Positions 43,326 through 49,722 of a stretch of DNA of 49,722 bases are shown here, piece after piece. Source of the DNA: Rubrivivax sp. (lineage in GTDB: Bacteria; Pseudomonadota; Gammaproteobacteria; Burkholderiales; Burkholderiaceae_C). Position 1 is the stretch's first letter, and each line of letters begins with the position of its first letter. The DNA is taken from positions 1-49,722 of the forward strand of contig DAORNK010000001.1 in assembly GCA_035440985.1 (NCBI GenBank), given 5' to 3'. A program made the translations under genes and the position numbers. The notes beneath the pieces were generated by a model. That model was given only the letters and a program-made list of their open reading frames with translations. It was not told the DNA's origin and did no database searches.

Positions 43326-43937
43326 CTACTTGCGCATGACCTTTTCGGACGGCGTCAGCGCTTCGATGTAGGCCGGGCGCGAGAAGATGCGCTCAGCGTA
43401 CTTCAGCAGCGGCACGGCGTTCTTGCTCAGGTCGATGCCGTAGTAGTCCAGGCGCCACAGCAGCGGCGCGATCGCCACGTCGAGCATGCTGAAGTCGTCG
43501 CCCAGCATGTACTTGTTCTTCAGGAAGATGGGCGCCAGCTGGGTCAGCCGGTCGCGGATCTGGTCGCGAGCCTTCTCGAGCTGCTTCTCGGTGGCCTTGA
43601 CGCCGCGGCCTTCCAGCAGGTTGACGTTGCTGAAGAGTTCCTTTTCGAAGTTGAACAGGAACAGCCGCACGCGGGCGCGGGCCACGGGGTCGCCCGGCAT
43701 CAGCTGCGGGTGCGGGAAGCGCTCGTCGATGTACTCGTTGATGATGTGCGACTCGTACAGGATGAGATCGCGCTCCACCAGGATGGGCACTTCGTTGTAG
43801 GGGTTCATCAGCGCGATGTCTTCGGGCTTGGCGAAGATGTCCACGTCGCGGATCTCGAAGTCCATCCCCTTTTCGAACAGCACAAAGCGGCAGCGGTGCG
43901 AATAGGGGCAAGTCGTTCCGGAGTACAGCACCATCAT
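43326..43937 (-). CDS. sspA: Stringent starvation protein A (GST-like)
   Basis: MMVLYSGTTCP.S.RCR, NPY.EVP, EYIDERFPHP.LMP, APLLWRL; petC-sspA-sspB order. Confidence 0.95.
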   Translation of the reverse strand: MMVLYSGTTCPYSHRCRFVLFEKGMDFEIRDVDIFAKPEDIALMNPYNEVPILVERDLILYESHIINEYIDERFPHPQLMPGDPVARARVRLFLFNFEKELFSNVNLLEGRGVKATEKQLEKARDQIRDRLTQLAPIFLKNKYMLGDDFSMLDVAIAPLLWRLDYYGIDLSKNAVPLLKYAERIFSRPAYIEALTPSEKVMRK

Positions 43938-43994
43938 GGCGTCGGGCCTTTCGTAGTCTCTTCAATCTGCCAGCGGTGGGACCCGCAGGGTCCC

Positions 43995-44033
43995 AAAACA
44001 AAACGCAGTGGGTGCTGGTGGCTCCCCACTGCG
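43995..44033 (-). terminator. Intrinsic terminator/attenuator after petC
   Basis: Minus strand CGCAGTGGG...CCCACTGCG stem followed by TTTTGTTTT. Confidence 0.7.
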
Positions 44034-44071
44034 CCGCAGGCCCGGCCGGCAACCGGGCCATGTCGGGATGC

Positions 44072-44842
44072 CTACTTGATGTCCTTCCAGAACGCCGCGT
44101 TCAGGCGCCAGGCGATCACGGTGAACACGGCCAGGAACAGCAGTACCCAAACACCCAGGCGAACACGTTGCGCCTGCATGGGTTCACTCATCCATTGCAG
44201 GTAGGCCACGAGGTCGGCCACGGCCAGGTTGTACTCGGCGGGGCTCAGCTTTCCGGCCGTGATCTGCTCGAAACCCTTGAAGACATGATTCACCTTGGCC
44301 GGATCGTGCGGGTCTTTCTCTTCGGCGAAGTGCGCTCGCTGCTGGCCTTGCAGTTCCCACAACGCGTGCGGCATGCCGACGCCGGGAAAGGCCAGGTTGT
44401 TCCAGCCGGTGGGCTTGGTTTCGTCACGGTAGTAAGTGCGCAGGTAGGTGTAGAGGTAGTCGGCACCGCTGCCCATGGCGCCGTCGGCACGCGAGCGGGC
44501 GATCAGCGTCAGGTCGGGTGGGTCGGCACCGAACCAGGCCTTGGCGTCCTTGGGGTCCAGCGCGATCTTCATCGTCTCGCCGACCTTCGCCCCGGTGAAG
44601 ATGAGGTTCCTGGCGATCTGCTCGTCGGTCAGCCCGATGTCCTTCAGGCGGTTGTAGCGCATGAAAGCCGCGGCGTGGCAGTTCAGGCAGTAGTTGCTGA
44701 ACAGCTTGGCGCCGTTTTGCAGTGCGGCCATGTCGTTCATGCGTTCCGTCGGGAACTTGTCCCAGGGATGGCCGCCACCGGCGGCCTGGACGGACCCCCA
44801 GAAGCTCAGGGCCACGAACAGCGACAGGATCAGTTTTTTCAT
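44072..44842 (-). CDS. petC: Cytochrome c1
   Basis: Signal peptide, CLNCH heme motif, PPDL, MPH.L, C-terminal TM. Confidence 0.96.
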   Translation of the reverse strand: MKKLILSLFVALSFWGSVQAAGGGHPWDKFPTERMNDMAALQNGAKLFSNYCLNCHAAAFMRYNRLKDIGLTDEQIARNLIFTGAKVGETMKIALDPKDAKAWFGADPPDLTLIARSRADGAMGSGADYLYTYLRTYYRDETKPTGWNNLAFPGVGMPHALWELQGQQRAHFAEEKDPHDPAKVNHVFKGFEQITAGKLSPAEYNLAVADLVAYLQWMSEPMQAQRVRLGVWVLLFLAVFTVIAWRLNAAFWKDIK

Positions 44843-44864
44843 GGTCTGGGTCTCCGCCGGTGGT

Positions 44865-46271
44865 TCAGTGAGCCTTGAAGACCACGCGGTCGGGCACGGG
44901 TTTGAACTCACCGATGCGGCTCCACCAGGGCATCAGCAGGAAGAAGCCGAAGTAGAACAGCGTTCCCGCCTGCGACACCAGCGTGCCGATGTCGGACGGC
45001 GGCTTCACGCCCAGGTAGCCCAGCACGACGAAGTTGACGATGAAGATGCCGTACAGCACCTTGTTCCAGCTCGGCCGGTAGCGGATGGACTTGACCGGGC
45101 TGCGGTCCAGCCAGGGCAACGGGAACAGGATCATCACCGCCACGCCCATCACGACCACGCCCCAGAACTTGGCGTCGAAGGTCTTCATCAGGCCGGCCAA
45201 CACCACCGCTGCCACCAACGGCGCGAAGCGCCAGATGCCCTTGAAGCCCCCCTTGAGGAAGCCGAGCAGGCCAGCCACCATCGTCAGACCCACGAGCACG
45301 TTGACCATGTCGTCGGTGACGGCGCGCAGCATCGAATAAAACGGCGTGAAGTACCAGACCGGCGCGATGTGCAGCGGCGTCTTGAGCGGGTCGGCCGGGA
45401 TGAAGTTGTTGTATTCGAGGAAGTAGCCGCCCATTTCCGGCGCGAAGAAGACGATGGCGCTGAACACCATCAGGAACACCGCCACACCGACGATGTCGTG
45501 CACCGTGTAATACGGGTGGAAGGGGATGCCGTCCAGCGGGATGTCGGTTCCCGGCACCTTCTTGGCCTTGATCTCCACGCCGTCGGGGTTGTTGGAGCCC
45601 ACGTCATGCAAGGCCAGCAGATGCGCCACCACCAGCCCCAGCAGGATCAGCGGAATGGCGATCACGTGGAAGCTGAAGAAGCGGTTCAGCGTGGCGTCAC
45701 CGACGACGTAGTCACCGCGCAGCAGCAAGGCGAGGTCCGGGCCGATGAAGGGGATGGCGGCGAACAGGTTGATGATGACCTGCGCACCCCAGTAGCTCAT
45801 CTGCCCCCAGGGCAACAGGTAGCCCATGAAGGCCTCGCCCATCAGGCACAGGAAGATGGCCACGCCGAAGATCCAGATCAGCTCGCGTGGCTTGCGGTAG
45901 CTGCCGTAGATCATGCCGCGCCACATGTGCAGGTAGACCATCACGAAGAACGCGCTGGCGCCGGTGGAATGCATGTAGCGCACCAGCCAACCCCAGGGCA
46001 CGTCGCGCATGATGTACTCGACCGACTCGAAGGCCTTGGCGGCGTCCGGCTTGTAGTGCATCACGAGGAAGATCCCGGTCACGATCTGCAGCACCAGCAC
46101 CAGCAGCGACAGCGAGCCGAAGAAGTACCAGAAGTTCATGTTCTTCGGGGCGTAGTACTCCGAGAGATGAACCTTGTAGGCCGCGAAGAGAGTCGGGAAC
46201 CGGTTCTCCAGCCACACCGTGGTCTGGGTCAGCGCCGATGAGCCGGCGGGCGCTTCCTTGAATTCAGCCAT
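44865..46271 (-). CDS. petB: Cytochrome b
   Basis: RYMHSTGAS, YLLPWGQMSYWGA, TLNRFF.FH, HIAPVWYF (PEWY-equivalent). Confidence 0.97.
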   Translation of the reverse strand: MAEFKEAPAGSSALTQTTVWLENRFPTLFAAYKVHLSEYYAPKNMNFWYFFGSLSLLVLVLQIVTGIFLVMHYKPDAAKAFESVEYIMRDVPWGWLVRYMHSTGASAFFVMVYLHMWRGMIYGSYRKPRELIWIFGVAIFLCLMGEAFMGYLLPWGQMSYWGAQVIINLFAAIPFIGPDLALLLRGDYVVGDATLNRFFSFHVIAIPLILLGLVVAHLLALHDVGSNNPDGVEIKAKKVPGTDIPLDGIPFHPYYTVHDIVGVAVFLMVFSAIVFFAPEMGGYFLEYNNFIPADPLKTPLHIAPVWYFTPFYSMLRAVTDDMVNVLVGLTMVAGLLGFLKGGFKGIWRFAPLVAAVVLAGLMKTFDAKFWGVVVMGVAVMILFPLPWLDRSPVKSIRYRPSWNKVLYGIFIVNFVVLGYLGVKPPSDIGTLVSQAGTLFYFGFFLLMPWWSRIGEFKPVPDRVVFKAH

Positions 46272-46313
46272 CGTGTCCTCGGTATGCAGGTGTGCGTCGA
46301 TCCGCCAGGGGGC

Positions 46314-46922
46314 TCAGGCCTTCTTGTCCTCGCCCACCAGCAGGACGGTGTCCGACAGGTACATGTGCGGGGGGACCTGCAGGTTGTCCGGCGAGGGCTT
46401 GTTCTTGAAGACGCGGCCCGCCATGTCGAAGGTGGACCCGTGGCAGGGGCAGAAGAAGCCCCCGTTCCAGTCATCCGGCAACGAGGGCTGCGGCCCGGCC
46501 TGGAACTTGTCGGACGGCGAACAACCCAGGTGCGGGCAGATGCCGATGCCCACGAAGAACTCGGGCTTGATCGAACGGTGGGTGTTCTTCGCGTAGGGAG
46601 GGTTGTCCAAAGCGGTGCGGGCCGATTGCGGATCGGCCAGTTGCGACTCGACCTTCTTCAAAGCTTCCAACTGGGCGGGCGTGCGGCGCACGATCCAAAC
46701 GGGCTTGCCCCGCCATTCGACGGTCATCTTCTCGCCCGGTTGCAGCGCACTGATGTCGACCTGCACGGCGGCGCCGGCAGCACGGGCACGCTCAGAGGGT
46801 GCAAAGGTGCTGACAAAGGGTACCGCGACCGCCGCGCCACCCACGGCGCCGGCGCCGCAGGTGATGGCGATCCAGGTGCGTCGAGTGGGGTCGACGCCGG
46901 GCTCGAACGAGGCCTCGCTCAT
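46314..46922 (-). CDS. petA: Ubiquinol-cytochrome c reductase Rieske subunit
   Basis: Tat-like RR, WRGKPV, CPHLGC and CPCHGS motifs. Confidence 0.97.
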   Translation of the reverse strand: MSEASFEPGVDPTRRTWIAITCGAGAVGGAAVAVPFVSTFAPSERARAAGAAVQVDISALQPGEKMTVEWRGKPVWIVRRTPAQLEALKKVESQLADPQSARTALDNPPYAKNTHRSIKPEFFVGIGICPHLGCSPSDKFQAGPQPSLPDDWNGGFFCPCHGSTFDMAGRVFKNKPSPDNLQVPPHMYLSDTVLLVGEDKKA

Positions 46923-47032
46923 GGGTAACCTCTGGGTTCTTGAGAAGATGGGAGTAAACCTGTGATTCTAGCCGACCCGCCTTCTTGTCCCTGACGACGA
47001 GCGCCATGCAGGCCGGGTGGTTTAGCCAGCCT

Positions 47033-47062
47033 TTGGCCCATCCCTTGGCCCATCCCTTGGCC
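47033..47062. repeat. 12-bp tandem repeat (TTGGCCCATCCC x2.5)
   Basis: ttggcccatccc-ttggcccatccc-ttggcc in the petA/mscL divergent spacer. Confidence 0.85.
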
Positions 47063-47064
47063 TC

Positions 47065-47093
47065 TTGACGCTGGCGGCCGGCAACACTAGCGT
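47065..47093 (+). promoter_or_regulatory. Sigma70-type promoter for mscL
   Basis: TTGACG-N17-TAGCGT. Confidence 0.55.
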
Positions 47094-47167
47094 CGCGCGT
47101 CGGCCCGGGTACTTTGCCCGGGACATCTCTAAGTGCGACTGCCTTCGCACAATATCAGGAGTGACCC

Positions 47168-47578
47168 ATGAGCTTTGCATCGGAATTCAAGGAGTTTGCC
47201 GTCAAGGGCAATGTGATGGACCTTGCCGTCGGCGTGATCATCGGCGGCGCCTTTGGCAAGATCGTCGATTCGGTGGTGGGTGACCTGATCATGCCTATCG
47301 TGGGCAAGATCTTCGGTGGCCTGGATTTCAGCAACTACTTCATCCAGTTGTCCGGGCCGGCTGCCACCACGCTGGCGGAAGCCAAGAAGGCCGGTGCGGT
47401 GTTTGCGTACGGCAATTTCCTGACCGTGGCGATCAACTTCGTGATCCTGGCGTTCATCATCTTCCTGATGGTCAAGCAGATGAACCGCCTGAAGCGCGAA
47501 GCACCCCCGGCCCCGCCGCCCGCGACCCCTGAAGACGTGGTGCTGCTGCGCGAGATCCGCGACTCGCTGAAGAAGTAG
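47168..47578 (+). CDS. mscL: Large-conductance mechanosensitive channel
   Basis: [40 protein letters not shown]. Confidence 0.97.
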   Translation: MSFASEFKEFAVKGNVMDLAVGVIIGGAFGKIVDSVVGDLIMPIVGKIFGGLDFSNYFIQLSGPAATTLAEAKKAGAVFAYGNFLTVAINFVILAFIIFLMVKQMNRLKREAPPAPPPATPEDVVLLREIRDSLKK

Positions 47579-47590
47579 ATCCTTGGCACC

Positions 47591-47623
47591 CGGCCGCGCA
47601 GCCCGAGCGGGCTCGCGCGGCCG
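47591..47623 (+). terminator. Strong GC hairpin after mscL (no U tract)
   Basis: CGGCCGCGC-AGCCCG-AG-CGGGCT-C-GCGCGGCCG. Confidence 0.4.
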
Positions 47624-47674
47624 CGTGCGCGGTCAGGGGTGGCATGCCGCATACTTGCTGGCTGAGCCGATTGC

Positions 47675-49722
47675 ATGAAGCCCAACCCCATCCACCGCCT
47701 GCCTGCGCCGCTGGAAGCGGCCGTCCAGCGCTTGAAGCTGGCGGCCCGCGATGCCACTGAACGCACGATCGAGAGCCTGGGCCTGGCAGCACTGGCGGCC
47801 ACCCATGCCTTCCAGCGTGATGGTCTGCTGGGCGCGCAGTTCGAGCTCAACCGCAAGTCCGCGGTGTTCGTGCTCACCTTCAACGACGCCTTCGACGAGC
47901 GCGTGCTGCGCGAGCTCGGCCCCCGCGTGGCGGGCACCACCGGAGCCGCGCCGGCCGCCCACACGCCGACCAACTGGGACGCCTTGGGGCTGGTCGAAGA
48001 CCGTGAAGTCGAAGCGCAGATTTCCGCCGAGCGCTTCGGTACCGAAATTGCCACCGCCTGCGAATGGGAACTGCGCGAGCTCGACGCCTATGTCGGCGCC
48101 TTGATCACCGACGCCGGCGGCGAGCCCGACCGCAACCCCTTGCGGCCCCACATCGTGGGGCACGCGATGATCCGTGGCATCGAGGCCGTGTCCGAGCGGG
48201 ACGAGGTGCGCAAGGTGCTGGCCACCGAGATGAGCCGTTCGCTGGGCGGTCTGCTGCGCGCCGCCTATGTCGGCATCGTGGCCGAATGGCGCAATGCCGG
48301 GGTGCGGCCGTTGAGCATGTCGGTGCGCATGCGCCCCGGGCGCGAGGACACGGCCTCAGGCGGCCATTCGATGCACGGCCTGGGCGGGGGCCCGATGGCG
48401 GAGGACAGCCGGATGGGTGCCGGCCACACGGCCGGGCTGGACAGCCGTTACGGCGGCCGTCACGCAGGTGCTGGTTTTGTCTCGTCGATGCGACCCAGCC
48501 TGGGCGCCTACCGCGGGGGCACGAACATCGGGCAGGTCGACCCGGCCCTGATGTCGCTGATCCGCCGGCTGGCGCACAGCGAACCCGTCAGCTATGGCGG
48601 TGGCGACGACCCATATGCCGACTACGGCCTGGCGGGCACGGCGCATGGGCCGCTGCCCAACCTGATCCGTGCGCATCGCGAGGAACTGCGCCGCGCGTCC
48701 ACCGGTGCGCTCGATCATCTGGTCATCGATGTCATCGGGTTCCTGTTCGACCAGATCCTGGCCGACCCCAAGGTGCCGCCACAGATGGCGCGCCAGATTG
48801 CCCGGCTGCAGTTGCCGGTGCTGCGCGCGGCACTGGGCGATCCCTCGTTCTTCTCGTCGCATCGCCATCCGGTGCGGCGCTTCATCAACCGGCTGGCTTC
48901 GTTGGGCTCCGGCTTCGAGGACTTCTCCCAACCCGGCGCGCAGGACTTCCTGGCCAAGGTCAGGGCCCTGGTGCAGGACGTGATCGAGGGCGACTTCGAC
49001 CAGATCGAGATCTACGAGCACAAGCTCGCGACGCTCGAGCATTTCGTGACCGACCAGGCGGCGAAGGAACTGCAGGCCCAGAGCGGTGCCAACGCGCTGC
49101 TGTCCGAGAAGGAAGACCAGTATCGGCTGCGCCAGCTGTATGCCCAGCGCCTGGCCGGCGACCTCAAGGACGTGGAGTCTCCCGCCTTCCTGCGCGATTT
49201 CGTCAGCCGCGTGTGGAGCCAGGTGCTGTTGCGCGCGGCCGAGCTCGGGGGCATCGACGGCCCCCAGGCCCAGCGGCTGCGGCGGGTCGGGCGCGATCTG
49301 TTCCTCAGCGTGCACGCCAAGCCCACGCCCGCCCAGCGCAAGGCTTTCCTGGCCGAACTGCCCAAGCTGATGCAGGACCTGACCGAAGGCATGAACCTCA
49401 TCGGTTGGCCCGAAGCGCAGCGCCGGACATTCTTCGGCCAGCTGATGCCGGCCCATGCCGAGGCGCTGAAGAGCCCCGGCACCAGCCAGCTCGAAGTCAA
49501 CCTGATGGCGCGCAAGGTCGATGGCGCGTTGGAGCGGCCCTTGCCCTCGCGCGACGACCTGCGTGCGGCGGGCATGTTGCCGGTGCTGCTGGACGAGATC
49601 CCGCCACCGCAGCTGACGGCCGAGGAGGTGCAGCGCGTGGGTCTGGTCGACGAGGCCAGCGTCGACTGGGCGCGTCCGGTGCAGCCGGATGCCGCGCAGG
49701 CCGCCGAACCGGAAGCCGCGGA
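47675..49722 (+). CDS. DUF1631-family protein (runs off the window end; absent from the ORF track)
   Basis: Frame read from ATG 47675 (MKPNPIHRLPAPLEAAV...) and spot-checked in the same frame mid-gene and at the edge; contains IDVIGFLFDQILADPKVPPQMARQIARLQLPVLRAALGDPSFF...HPVRRFINRLAS. Confidence 0.85.
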   Translation, partial: MKPNPIHRLPAPLEAAVQRLKLAARDATERTIESLGLAALAATHAFQRDGLLGAQFELNRKSAVFVLTFNDAFDERVLRELGPRVAGTTGAAPAAHTPTNWDALGLVEDREVEAQISAERFGTEIATACEWELRELDAYVGALITDAGGEPDRNPLRPHIVGHAMIRGIEAVSERDEVRKVLATEMSRSLGGLLRAAYVGIVAEWRNAGVRPLSMSVRMRPGREDTASGGHSMHGLGGGPMAEDSRMGAGHTAGLDSRYGGRHAGAGFVSSMRPSLGAYRGGTNIGQVDPALMSLIRRLAHSEPVSYGGGDDPYADYGLAGTAHGPLPNLIRAHREELRRASTGALDHLVIDVIGFLFDQILADPKVPPQMARQIARLQLPVLRAALGDPSFFSSHRHPVRRFINRLASLGSGFEDFSQPGAQDFLAKVRALVQDVIEGDFDQIEIYEHKLATLEHFVTDQAAKELQAQSGANALLSEKEDQYRLRQLYAQRLAGDLKDVESPAFLRDFVSRVWSQVLLRAAELGGIDGPQAQRLRRVGRDLFLSVHAKPTPAQRKAFLAELPKLMQDLTEGMNLIGWPEAQRRTFFGQLMPAHAEALKSPGTSQLEVNLMARKVDGALERPLPSRDDLRAAGMLPVLLDEIPPPQLTAEEVQRVGLVDEASVDWARPVQPDAAQAAEPEAA

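Overview
GC-rich chromosomal window, most likely from a betaproteobacterium (Burkholderiales, Rubrivivax/Methylibium-like, judged from gene content). From left to right: (1) ureE. (2) An ~18 kb exosortase-B (PEP-CTERM)-associated, Wzx/Wzy-type exopolysaccharide locus built as two convergent arms. The + arm has a large beta-helix/CBM lipoprotein, a WecB/TagA glycosyltransferase (GT), GT4, a deacetylase and GT4. The - arm has epsD-E-F-G, xrtB(epsH), epsI, flippase, polymerase/ligase, GT2, GT4 and a small GIY-YIG-like protein. (3) ubiE, DUF971 and a vapBC toxin-antitoxin pair sitting between two diverged copies of the 3' end of a large FAD/Fe-S oxidoreductase gene. (4) ugpBAECQ with a REP-like insert. 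(5) MFS transporter and argJ. (6) A lower-GC island encoding a PEP-CTERM protein and a plant-like subtilase, followed by a GNAT. (7) secA, M23 peptidase, a DciA-like gene, a small DxDGDG-repeat secreted protein, tRNA-Thr(TGT), sspBA, petCBA, mscL and a DUF1631-family gene cut by the right edge. No CRISPR array, rRNA, integrase or transposase was seen. Most notable: the integrase-free TA cassette with gene-end replacement, the GIY-YIG-like gene coupled to the EPS operon, the PEP-CTERM/subtilase island, the GH141-like lipoprotein and a possible multibranch leader RNA. All product calls come from recognising motifs by eye; no database search was run.
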